Positions 24,757-37,570 of a stretch of 64,000 nt of DNA are shown in pieces (position 1 is the stretch's first letter; every line of letters starts with the position of its first letter). Below the pieces are notes generated by a model. That model did not search any database. It worked only from the letters and a program-made list of their open reading frames with translations, and was not told the DNA's origin. The DNA is taken from positions 52,762,001 to 52,826,000 of the forward strand of contig OX597826.1 in the NCBI GenBank assembly GCA_951406725.2, in the 5' to 3' direction. The translations under genes and the position numbers were made by a program. The DNA is from Octopus vulgaris. Lineage: Eukaryota.

Positions 24757-24921
24757 TATATATATATATATATATGTTGAAATGCATTAACTGAGAAAGG
24801 TCTTGTGTAGGGGAAGAATAGATTATCGTTTTATGTTATAGTTGACATAAAAATGTGGAAAGCATAAAATTTATCTGTCATGATGTATTCTGGAAAGAAA
24901 CATGATTTGCTTCATTTAAAA

Positions 24922-25282
24922 CAGTTGTTCTCAAAGAGGACGATATTGACCACCACCATGATCGTTCCACATTTTTCAAAGCCCCCATTCCCTGGATCTT
25001 TCAATGCCCCCACCTCAGGGCGCCTGAGGTGGAGGCATTGAAAGATCCAGGGAATGGGGGGGCTTTGAAAAATGTGGAACGATCATGGCGTGGTCAGAAG
25101 TGAGTGACGGATGTAAAAATATCAAAATAATGGGCTAATTAGATTTAGTTTTATCAGTGAAATACAGTTGTTTTGAATTCACGGCAGAAATTGGTTTCTA
25201 TTTGTGGTAGTGAATTGGTGTGGGATGCCAGGAATTTGGTCTAAGTGCCAAGGTGGCAGCAGTCTGAAAGAGTTTAGGAACA
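24922..25282. mobile_element. Degenerate hAT-like MITE containing a long palindrome
   Basis: Starts CAGTTGTTCTCAAA and ends near AAAGAGTTTAGGAAC (hAT MITE-type ends, degenerate). Internal hairpin at 24948-25095. Confidence 0.4.
24948..25095. repeat. Near-perfect palindrome (about 70-bp arms, 3-nt loop)
   Basis: CCATGATCGTTCCACATTTTTCAAAGCCCCCATTCCCTGGATCTTTCAATGCC..CCTCAGG-GCG-CCTGAGG..GGCATTGAAAGATCCAGGGAATGGGGGGGCTTTGAAAAATGTGGAACGATCATGG. Confidence 0.95.
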
Positions 25283-25383
25283 TTTTCAAAGATCATGGAT
25301 CAGAGCGCCGGAATTTGAACTCAGAACGTTAAGACGGATGAAATGCCGCTAAGCATTTTCTACGTTGTGCTATTCACCGCCTC

Positions 25384-25454
<71 letters not shown>

Positions 25455-25467
25455 GATGATTATGATG

Positions 25468-25549
<82 letters not shown>

Positions 25550-25559
25550 TGATGATAAT

Positions 25560-26101
25560 AGGGTGCTTGGTACCAACATACACCGGAAAAGGAAATGGAC
25601 GATATCTGGATGGTAAAAATCCTCTGGGACTTTTGACTTCCAGACAGACAAGGTATTAGAGTACCGAAGGCCAGATATAATAACCTTTAGGAGGGAGAAA
25701 CAAAAGTACCTAATAATCACAACGAGGCAGTGCTAGGAGATCGGCATAGTCTCATGAAAGAAAGAGAAAAGATTGATAAATATAGAGACCTGAGAATGAG
25801 ATCGCCAAGATATGGCTGCTACGAGATTCAAACATAAAGGTTGACCCTGTTGTCATCGGAGCATTGGTTTCTATATCAACAAACCTGAAGAAACATCTGG
25901 AAACTTTAGGAACTCCCTACAATCTAGCTGTATTGTAAGAATCAGCATTACTAGGAACTACACGCATATTGCGTAAAGTACTGTCTGTCTGAGGTCCTTA
26001 TTGTGACTTGACAGACAGTACAAACCCCCGGTAGACACAATATCTTCAACCAACAACATCACGATATTGGATATTGTGTGACGTCTTAAATAATAACGAT
26101 T

Positions 26102-26179
<78 letters not shown>

Positions 26180-26233
26180 GTAATAATGATGATGATGATG
26201 ATGATGTTGATGATGAATGATGATGATGATGAT

Positions 26234-26315
<82 letters not shown>

Positions 26316-26580
26316 AAGAAGAAGAAGAAGAAGAACAACAACAACAACAACAACAACAACTACTACTACTACTACTACAAGGCCCTGTCAATCTCCTACA
26401 GAATGTTTGTCTCTTAGGAATAGCAAGGATTATCAGAAGGGTTCTAAGCACTCGAAAGACTGCTGAAAACTTGTGGATACTTAAGGTTACAGGTAGTAAC
26501 CCGATATCCACACAAATCCTACCGGGAATAAGACCGAACCCGAACCAAACAACAGCAACAACAACAAAAATAGTAATAAA

Positions 26581-26642
<62 letters not shown>

Positions 26643-27195
26643 CTTTGATGCAGTACCAGGCTGTGGCCCTCATGGTTTCTGATCTTAACTGATTGGAAGT
26701 GTTATCATGTACGTTGTTTTGTCTTTGTATAAAAGATGGGCTACAGCAAATATTCTGCTAAATACCACAGATTAGCTTGTCAATTGCTTGAGCTTCACCA
26801 GTTGAGCATGCCCTTAGGGCTGACAATATGTACATCCCTGATCACAAGCGTGAGTAGCAGGGAAGCATGATAACCATGTGTTGAGTGGAATTCTTTGGGA
26901 TTTGAATAATTCACCTCGGAAACATGAGTGTTTCGTTCAACATCCTTAAACAACCCTTATTCAGGGAAATTTTGAGCCAGGTAGGCTACACGAGCTGAAG
27001 AAAATTCTAACTCAGCTCTAGCTGCAAGGTAATGCACTGTTTGTTTTGATATGAGATTACCATTTCGCGCACATATGGATATTTTGTATGTCCCTGGTGT
27101 ACCCTTATCAGACGGGTAGTCGTTTTGGGTATACTGGGCTTCTTATATTTGTACTCCAGTGCCATTTTGATGGCATGCAGTGCTTTCTCATTCAA
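25560..27195. mobile_element. Cluster of non-LTR (Dong/R4-like) 3' fragments interleaved with trinucleotide microsatellites
   Basis: 25560-26085 (+): DFQTDKVLEYRRPDII..SALLGTTRILRKVLSV*. 26380-26545 (+): LLQNVCLLGIARIIRRVL. 26640-27195: a further repeat bounded by (TAA)n, less certain. Confidence 0.75.
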
Positions 27196-27236
27196 TAACA
27201 ACAACAACAACAACAACAACAATAATAATAATAATA

Positions 27237-27293
<57 letters not shown>

Positions 27294-29535
27294 TAATACT
27301 ACTACTAATAATAATAATTATTATTATAATTGCTTTTGTATTTGTTTATATGAATATTGATGTGAATTCGTGTGTTGTAACAAATTTTGTTCTAAGCTTG
27401 GGAGGGTCATCACTCAATAATTAAACACACACACACACACACACTGGTTCCTTTTCACTTGCTTATTATTAGTCAATTGGTTATCGGTCATCAGCAATCG
27501 TTTTCATGACTTGCCCCCTCTATCTCTCTCTCCTTTACTCTCTCTCTCTCAATCTCTCTTTCTCATTCCCTCTCTCTCCTCCTCCTCCTCCTCCTCTCTC
27601 TCTCTCTCTCTTTCTCTTTCTACTACAGGTCATCTTCGAATCTGCTTGTGATTCAATCATGATTTATCAGTGTATGAGTATAGTCTTAAATGAAAAGTGG
27701 GGAGAGGAAGGGAGAGCGAGTGTATGTGCATCTGTGTATGTGTTTATGCGTGTGTGTGTGAGCATGCGTTCCTGCGTATGTACATTATAGTTTGTGTGTG
27801 TGTTTGTGTGTATGTGTGTATACGTGTGTACGTATGCTTATGTATGTTTGTGTTTGGTGCAGTCGGTTGTATGAGTGTATATTTAAATGTGTATGCGTGC
27901 GCGCACGTGCGTGCATTTGTGTGTGTGTATGCATGTGTGTGCGTGCGTATGTGTGTGTGTGTGTGTGTACTTTTGTGAGGGGATATGTTGGAATTACTTG
28001 CAAATATTCCGTTTTGCTGTTGTTATTCTAATCCTTTTATGTCTCCCCACTACTTTTTTTACTTGATCCCCTCCCCCAGCTTTTATTAATGTGCAATATA
28101 GTGTGTCGGTAGTGGCAGCGGTGTTGTGGTTCTTATAATTTATTTATTTATTTATTTATTGTACTTTTTGGTTCGTAATGGCATCGATTGTTTTATGAGA
28201 ATACACTCTCGTATTTATTGTAATGATGTGCGATACGAGTGTGCTCACAGAGTCTTAATACATATTTGGTTCAGCATGGCACCGTATTTATCTTTGGCAT
28301 GTTGAAAGCGTATAGTTCTTTTTGCCATAGTACTCAGGCCAATTCTCATTCCCTCTCTCTGCCAAACTTTTAGAAATTTCAGCAATGTATGCCGAAGTCG
28401 AGTTCTTACTCTCGCTCTCCATACATTTTAAACGGTAGATTACAGTTTTGCTGTTAATCCTAGGGAAAAATGTATAAACAAGCAGTTCCTATCTGTACAC
28501 GCATTCCTATCAAAAGCATATTTTATTTATTTGTGATCTACAACTTAAATATTAAGTTTAGCGAAACGAACAGCCTTTCTAAATTTACGGACTAAATCCC
28601 TATTTGGTGTAGTTTCTACAAACTTCACTCTTTGAAATTTGCTTGTGTTTTACCACGAGTTTATCTTATTTGTCTTTACAAATCCTTTATAATCTATTCC
28701 ATAGTTTATCACGGTATCTAGGACGAGTTCCCTTATTATACTTATAATATTATCTAATTTTTTGTTGCCCTCTTGTACACACTGAGCCTGTCTTTCTGGC
28801 TGTAGTCATAGAACTACATGCAGTACATATCTTGTACATGTTTCTTGAAGGGTCATATGTTCTTCGTTATCATAACTAAAGCTTCTAATAAGAATAGTGC
28901 TTTGTTATCTATAGTCCCACAGCCAAAATTCAGGATGAAGGGCAGCCAGTTGCATTGTAGGGTAGTCTATCGTTATTTTGATACTTTGGTAGATGAAGTT
29001 ACCTGCGTGCTGAACGTTCTCCAGGGCTTTCTTTTCAGGGACTATGTGGATGCTGTCTTTATAACAAAAATGTTAAATCATCTACAAAGCACAGTATGAC
29101 CGCTGTCAAATGGTCTTCTAGAAATTGCCGAGGTTTTTTTGTCTCATCAATGATCAATGATCGATGCGCTAACTAAACAGAAAAAAATACACTAAATAAA
29201 TAAATTATATGAACAACAATACCACTGCCATTCCCAACACATTATATTACACACCGATAAACGTGTACTGGGGAACAAAAGGGGAAGAAAGTAAAAAATA
29301 AAAATTTTAGAATAACAACAGAATGTGAACGACATGTTTACTAATATTTTCAGCCCACATCCAGAATACACACAGACACACGCAGACACACACACACAGA
29401 TGGACACACAGATAAACGTACACAAATAAGTGCGCGCACGCACATACACGTACACGCACACATGCACACACACACATACATACATACGTACATACATACA
29501 TACATAATACATACATACATACATACATACATACA

Positions 29536-29569
<34 letters not shown>

Positions 29570-31152
29570 CATACATAATGCATACATACATACATGCATA
29601 CATACATGCAAATATACATCCGCAGAAGTGTCTACGCTTCACACACACACTTACACTCACACTTACCGTCACTCTCTCATTCACTCATCAAACCCACTGT
29701 ATCACACATCAGCACGCCAGGAAGTGTGTATGTGTGCATGAGTGCACACAAATAAGTAAAAAAAAAAAAATATTCACAAAATTGTGCACACATATACAAT
29801 CATTCATAGATCAACCAACTGCACCACATACACACAAGCACACACACACACAGACACACACACACACACACACTCAAACACCAGGACATTTGCCGGAACA
29901 CACACTCACACGCACCAGCAAACATGCTCAAACACACACACAGGATGACATGCAGATTAGAAGATGTCATGGAGTAGAGAAAGAGAGAGCAGATGATTAG
30001 AATCATTGCTGATCACCAGAGAAGCCTCTCACACAGACACACGCGCGCACACACTCGAACACATACATACGCACACAAACATATGCGCAGGCACCGCTTG
30101 GCAACCCGCACCGAGTTAGTCAAATTCTAAAAGTTATAATAGAAGACACTAGTCCATGTTGCCTTGCTGTGGGATCAAACTTCGAAGCCTATGTTTACAA
30201 AGGAAACCTCTAAACCAATACCTGTGCTACAGTTCAACTCTTATTCAACATGCATGAGACTTCTTCCTCACCTTTGATGAATACGAGCCATTTTCGGACG
30301 CCATTAAGATTATTTAGTTTCAGTTTCTTTCTACAGTCAAAATGTCGTCGAGTACGTAAATATAAATGAATACATGAGTTCATTCACAATAATTTTTATG
30401 CATATTTAATAGATATAGATAAATTACCGGAATATTGATATATTCAATGGTTTAAGCCTAATAAATATCTCTCTGTAACGCACCTTTCTATAACTCACGG
30501 TAGCAATATTTGTTCAGCTATGTTGCTGATATATTTTGCATTCAGAATTTCAACAAACATTAGCCAAAACTAATGCTTTCATGCAAACGTAATTTAATGT
30601 CTCACATAATATTGTGTAAGAAATTCGTAAATATATACCTGTTTTGCAAGGCGCATCGCCTTGCTAGCCTTGGTGATTTGAGAAGAATAGGATGTCAACA
30701 AAATTATTGAAATTATTGAATCATGACTTATGACTTTTGAGGTTAGATTCACAGCATGTTCGACAATGAGTTGAATGAGTCTACATGTATACTGTTGCTC
30801 GTCTGCCAGAAATTTCCTCCATACATTATTCTACATTTCTATGAAAGAAACAGAGGAAATAAGATGGTATGCGCTTGGATACGCTATAGCCGAAAAGAAA
30901 AGGCAGCTTTATCACAACTTGAAAATGTTAGCTCATATGTTTGATCACGCAAAGCTATGGTCAGCAACACTCCAGCCATGACTATTGTATGTCATTGGGG
31001 ACACTACAACTCCATTATCTAATGTACTTTTCCCTCTTCAATATTAGCCACATAGGATTTGAAAGAAGTTTCGTTTTGTCATATCAAGCGTATCAATCGC
31101 TTTCTTACTCGATGATTCATATGTGCTTAAGCGGGTGAATTAGTTGATGGAG

Positions 31153-33115
31153 TACTATCAGGTTGACTAAAAAGTAAGCAACGTTTTGAGCCATGAAGAA
31201 TTTATACCGGATTTTTGAAGAGTTTTGAATATGTTTTTTGGAAATTGTCTGATACGATAGATATGCCCAAAATGCATCAATAAATTAACATTGATATTTT
31301 TTCACCGTTGTTACAATCATCTGAAATGGAACTGTCAAAGCGCGATATTCGAGCAATTTCGCTATTCAACTTCAAAAAAGGAAGTAAAGCAGCTGAAACT
31401 ACTCGTGAGTATCAATGAAACGTTCAGTTCAAATCTACTGTGTTATTTTGTTTTATGCGTTTGTAAAAATATTGAATGCTGCGTGCTGCTTTGCAGTGGT
31501 TTGGGTGTATGCGTGTGTTTGGGCTTTGTCTTCTCGTAAGAGGACGGTTAGCTTGCAAAAGGTTGTCTGAAGAAAGTTATAGTTACTCGGACACATCATC
31601 GTCCGAAGAGGAGTTGCTAGAGGCGATCCAGAAAATGGACCACAAACTGAGAACGGACAACAGAAATTTTGCTGATGCAGCAAGGTTTAAGGAAACCAAG
31701 GAAACCGAACTAAGCACTGAGGAGCTAGGAAAACACAGAAGCGAAATGAACCGAGATGGGTTCGAAGTAAAACTGCCATACCCCCCACCCCCACCCCCAG
31801 GAAGTAAGAAACGGAGTTAAGGAAAAAACTATTAGCTATCGAACCTTTTCGATAAGTACAGGAAAGATCGATTTCGTCACGACGGAACGAGTAAAAAAGG
31901 CATTAAAGCCGATTTGGGACGATGTAGTACACTTGGCAAGAGGCTCAGAGTTTGGAACAGTGGAAGTGAGATTTCGAAATGCAGCAGCAGCAAGGAAACA
32001 GGCAGCGACTACCATACGGAAAGCAGAAGTGGTGCTTTTGACCACGTACAGAGGTATGAGAGCAACGAGAATTACGGTCGAAGGAATCCCTCCAGAAATC
32101 GATGTGGCCTGGGTGGCAGATGCTGTCCTCTTTGGAAATGAGGACAACATAGTGGTGCTCCAGGACACGAAAAGGGATTGCGTTAACTGGAGAGGACGAT
32201 CACTGAATAGGATAGTCCAGGGATCGAAAGAAACGTTGGAAAGGATCACAGAATCGATAACATTAGAAGAAATACTAATGACAGTCATCAGGCCGCATTT
32301 AAAGCAGACTGTTCAATAAGGTCAAGAAATCCAGAGGAAAACAACTAGATAATATTGAGGAGGTTAAAGAAGAGAGCCGCAGAAAGGAAGAAACCAAAAA
32401 AGAAGAGGAAGGTGTGCAAACAGTAGAAAATGGGAAAAGATCCGGGTAGATAAAGAAAAAAGTGAACTAATCTGTAAACACCATTCCACACCCATCCCAC
32501 CCACACCCTCTCAGATTCACCCTCTCCCTGTAGACACCAAGCCTACCCATTCCCATCCGACACAGAAACAAAAAAACAAACACACACAAAGAAGCTCGAA
32601 ACCCCTCCCCCAAGGTAAAAGAAAAAAGAAAGAAAAGATGCAGACTGTTGAATAAAATGGCGACATGGGATATTAAGTGTGTTGAAACTACTAGGTCTGA
32701 TAACATTGAAGGATATTACACGTGTGTGATACCATATAAGAAGCAGGAGGAGAGAATACTTGCATTTGCGGTAGGATTTAGTTTTTGGGGTGGGGACTGC
32801 AGCTGGAACTCACTTCCAGTTATAACAACATACGATAGGTGACTGGAGGAGACGGGAATTGATGTTTTAGAAGGATCAGGGTTCAAAAGGTAGAAAATGA
32901 GGCCACTCGTAAATGGAGCGAGTGGTCCCATTGACATGTTTTATATTCATGTTTTCATGCATTATAACATACATTTTTGTTTTATGTCCCTCATGTTTCA
33001 CTGTTTTGTCCCCTGTGTGTGTCCCTGTATGGGAAATAAAAAAAAGCAACGAAACGTTTGGTAAGGAAATGACCAGTGAGTGGTCAGCTTGAAAATGGTT
33101 TAAACGATTTCGCAT
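31153..33115 (+). mobile_element. Mariner 5' fragment interrupted by a retrotransposon insertion
   Basis: MELSKRDIRAISLFNFKKGSKAAETTR..INET (31326-31424) resumes as NETFGKEMTSEWSA*KWFKRFR at 33048-33113. Confidence 0.8.
31425..33046 (+). mobile_element. Tx1/L1-like non-autonomous retroelement carrying only ORF1 (HAL1-like)
   Basis: TSD CAA(T/C)GAAACGTT at 31413-31424 and 33047-33058. AATAAA plus poly(A) at 33035-33045. ORF1-like TISYRTF..LARGSEFGTVEVRF..TRITVEGIPPEIDVAWV. No endonuclease or RT motifs seen. Confidence 0.7.
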
Positions 33116-34439
33116 GTTTCAAAACGTTACTTTACATTTTACTCAGCCTGATATAATCTTTGTTGCTGCTGTTAAAACAATGGTTAGTTTTATTTCGTGT
33201 CTGTTATCAAAAAACCACTGCAAGCATATTTTGGAGTTAGAGTTTTTAGTGTTTTGGGTAAGCTTGTAATTCTTGTGTAAAGGTATGCTTGATGAACTCA
33301 TTTTTGCTGTGTAGACTGGAGCAACGTGAAATAAAGTGTAGTGTCTTGCTCAAGCACACAACGTGTCCCCTGGAATTGACTCACGACCTTGCGATCCTGA
33401 TATCACCTCCATAGGAATACTTTTCTATGATTTTGATGAAATAAGCTTGCTTATATATGAATTTAAAAGAGAGGATGAAAGAGACTATTATGTGACACAG
33501 TTTTGGAGATTATAATTTCTATATTCCTCGTGATTGTATATTACACAGGCTTGGTGATATAGGAAATTATTGTTTCACCAGTGTCTTTTATAGTTCCTCA
33601 ATGTGATTGTCATTTATATGGATAGCATGGGATGTAGTACAAAACCAGCTGGTATCTGCTACTAGTTGCTTTGCTGGTTATTGAGGCCACCATTTAATCT
33701 TTGTAGAGTAACATTTGTACAAAGTAAACTTCAATTCAGCTGTGACTAGAAAAACCGAAATGCTTATGGTTTGGGGAAATAAAGAATAAAATTTCCTTGG
33801 AATTTGAGTAAATACATTGGTGGATAACAGTCTGTGAGAACCTATATTAGTTAGATTTTTACTATTACAGTTATTACAGATATGTAAATGTGATCATTCA
33901 AGTAAAACTGTATGATTAGGTGGTTATGTATCATCTTCGTATAACTTTTGGTGATTGATATTTGAAAGGTGATTGCTGGAGTACGGACATATTACCTGAA
34001 TTAGGTATTTTGAAAAGCTATGGCATGACATGTTACTGTGGATAATGTGGCTATGATTATGCATAACTTTACTTTTTTTTTCTTTTGTAGTCTATTCAGA
34101 ATGAAAATATTTATTAGTTGATGAATTTGACTTATATTTCTCTTGTAATTAGTGTCAGTGTTTTTATCTATAGTGTTTATCAGGCCAGCTATGTCAGTTT
34201 AGTCTTATGTTGACTTATTTTGATTTACGAAAGGTTTTACAATCATGATAATGTATTTACTGCATTATCTGTGCTGGTAATTGCAGTAATGTCAAATGCC
34301 AAGAATGAACTGCTGCAAGCAGTTACATCAGGATTTTTTAAAGTGAAGATAGTTTTGTAATTTTGACTGATGTTTTGTAATTTTGCTGCTGATATAGTGA
34401 TTCAAATAGAGGTGTTGGTAAGTTATTTAGGGTGTTTTT

Positions 34440-34980
34440 ACTTGGCACTCCGTCGGTTACCTTGACGTGGCCCCCAGTGGATTCGATCAACAGAACAGCC
34501 TGCTCATGAAATTCCACAAACACATGTACCTTAAACGTATTTCTCAGATTCAGTGACATAAAGTGTTACAATGATGGCTCACTGAAATACAGTTACAACT
34601 CATTTTTGCGAGCTGGGTGGACTGGAGCAGCGTAAAATAAAGTGTCTTGCTCAAGCACACAACGTGTCGTGGGGAATTGACTCGCGACCTTGCAATCCTG
34701 AGCCGAATACCTATTTCTTTATTACCCACAAGGGGCTAAACACAGAGGGGACAAACAAGGACAGGCATAGATATTAAGTCGATTACACCGACCCCAGTGC
34801 GTAACTGGTACTTAATTTATCGACCCCGAAAGGATGAAAGGCAAAGTCGACCTCAGCGGAATTTGAACTCACAACGTAACGGTAGCCGAAATACTGCTAA
34901 GCATTTCGCCCGACGTGCTAACGTTTCTGCCAGCTCGCCGCCTGAGCCGAATACTTTAACCACTAAGCCACACACCCTTA
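34440..34980 (-). mobile_element. tRNA-derived SINE with a second SINE nested in it
   Basis: Insert 34711-34940 (minus: GGCGGCGAGCTGGCAGAAACGTTAGCACG..GAGGTCGACTTTGCCTTTCATCCTTTCGGGGTCGATAAA) is flanked by CCTGAGCCGAATAC at 34697-34710 and 34941-34954. The insert family recurs at 41490-41705, 60290-60490 and 60815-61160. Confidence 0.85.
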
Positions 34981-36524
34981 GGAAGTAGAAGGAGTTAATT
35001 TGTAATATTATTTGCTCACTGTACTGGTTCTGTAACATGAAGTGTAGTCTACAATGAAATATACCTTCCTTGGTGTTTGGCTGTTTCATGATGTTGTTTA
35101 GTGATTAGCATCGTGGATATAGTGCTGCGTTTCGTTGTTTGCTTATATTTATATCAATGTATTTCATGTTGCTGGGTGTTATTTTAGATATAGCATTTTT
35201 TAATGTACTAGCGAATGTTATTAATGTCCAATTATTATTATTTGCGTGTATGGGTAATGCGCATGATTTTAAGTATATTATAATATATTCGCCTTAATGT
35301 GGCCTGTCTAAAACACTGAGATTGTATTTAAGGACTTGCAGAACTAGCTTCATGTATTTTTGCTATTGGATACCGCGAGTATTTATAATTTTATTTTCTA
35401 TAAAAGTGATTTCAGAGCGTTGGTGTCATCTTGTAATATTCATATTTTAGTGTAGCTTTTGTAGTCAAATAATCGTTATCATTATCAATAAAATTTATTG
35501 ATGTTGCTATGTAGTTGTATTTTTCATTGTGACGTGCACAATTTTGCAATATTAGTTGTCGTTTTTGTTTAAACCTAGTACTTCTCTGATTGATCAAGAT
35601 TAAAAATACATGAATTTGATTAAAGGTATTACACCCGCGGAAATCCGACCTTTGTTTTTTTATTCACACAAGATATTTAGGATACTATAATCCAAATTAA
35701 TTTTCTTAAAGTTTTTATAATGTGGTTTTACGAGAATAGCTTTGTCACTGTTTCCCGCGGTGGGTGCCGCTGTTACTGTGTTTTAAATCGACTGTGAACA
35801 AGTGGGCATATGTTTCCACATAGAAGGCATCGCGATTATTTGCTTTGTTCTGGTTTGTGTCAGGGCACTTTGACATGAAATGAAGAGCGATAGATTTGAT
35901 TGTCTGCGTTTCAACTTTATTGTAATTTCAAATACGTTTAATTGAGCTTTTGCTGTATTGTGTCGGTATATTGTATGTTTGTAACTTTTGTGATAGAAGA
36001 GTTGAACCTTTTCGACGAACTCTTTGTATCGAGGCCTCCACCTTTTTTTCTCGTGTTTCGCTTTGATCGATGTGTCGATGTCTTTATACTTTAATATCTA
36101 CTTCTCGTCATTCGACCGACTTTCTAGCTGTAAACAGTCTACTGTTTTGTTTCAGACAACCTGTCTCCAGGTTGCACTATCCACTCTGTAAGTTCTTTTT
36201 AAGGCAGTAGTGGGTAACAGTGGAGAGAAACTGAGCGATTAATTGTAGCAGATCGTTTGATGACATAAAAAGTTGCTCCGCTGAATTCAATTCGAAAGGT
36301 TGATTGATGAAGAGAATAGAAGAATCCATACACTAAACAATGTGTCCCTGATAGCCAGCATTTTGAAATATTTTTACTATGCTTCTTCCATATTTTAATA
36401 AAGGTAAAATTAGGAAGAGAAAGTAAGAGAAAGAGAGAAAGAGAGTGCAAATAAGCGTGACTGATATTTCTAGAAAGCCAAGCATTCTCAGAAAAGCAAT
36501 GGAATTTTGTAACCAGTCGTCAAC

Positions 36525-36589
<65 letters not shown>

Positions 36590-36590
36590 A

Positions 36591-36660
<70 letters not shown>

Positions 36661-36999
36661 TACAGCGACCTCGAACCCGCAAGAGTAAACAAGAGAGATA
36701 TTATTTTAACATTTTCTACCTTGCCTTTTTTTCTATATATATCAACTCGTGTGTTCATTTTCAACCTTCTACACACACACAAACACACACACAACACACA
36801 CAACACAGACACACACACACATATGTATATGTCTTAGTCTCTCTTTCTCTTTGACCCAATCTCTTTCCCCCTTCCACATTCTCTTTCTATCTGTCTAATT
36901 GTCTTAAAAGTATTCGCTAAATTAACAGTATTGATGAGCCATGTTTCATGCGGCCAGTTTCTCGAAAATCGTTGTCCATACCTGCCTTCGAATATGACT

Positions 37000-37570
37000 A
37001 GCTACTCTGGTAGGCAAATTAAGACGAATAGATTAGATTGCAATGTTAAAAACTAGCTAGAAGTAAGAGCTCTGCATGAAATTTAGATAATACTTGTCCC
37101 ACAGCTGAAAACACGTGAGCACGATTCAAGTCTTTTATACCACACTCTTTATCAAAACCTCACATACTACCTTTACATAGCATCTAAAATTACATTCCAG
37201 TCCTCTGCTACCCCTACCGAGAAAAATGATCCAAGGAAAGTCCCCAGAAGTCCGCAGAATCTGGCTCTCCAACACCTGTTAGGGTATAAATGGTCACCAG
37301 TTTGAAAGCGCTGACATTTCCTCTACTGTTACCATCTAAAGCCCCTAGCTTACCTTCCGGGGCGATGATGATTGTACTCGTCTTCTAGATCCGTATCGTT
37401 CCTAAAAATCACTGACACTCTAGTTGGAACGAGCCGACTGAAAAAGGCATGGATCAACAAAAGTAACTCTAATCTACTAATATCCACTACATCCAGATAT
37501 AGCGACCTGAGATTGTTTATCATGTGTCTCTGATACCTCATCTACCCCCATTCGATGTGCATCTATGCGA
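37000..37570 (-). mobile_element. Decayed Tx1/L1-like apurinic endonuclease fragment
   Basis: NNLRSLYLDVVDIS.., AFKLVTIY.., EDWNVILDA (GDWN-like motif). Stops and frameshifts. Confidence 0.55.

Noticed and set aside
27629-27671. Plus-strand exon after the strong acceptor TTTCTACTACAG
   Set aside because: The pyrimidine tract is a (CT)n microsatellite, and the phase-1 frame needed to join the TM exon hits a stop.
33400-36400. Highly decayed Helitron/Helentron-like coding remnant on the minus strand
   Set aside because: Only vague compositional hints (K/R/Y-rich stretches, NNFLY). No diagnostic motif could be read, so it needs TBLASTX.
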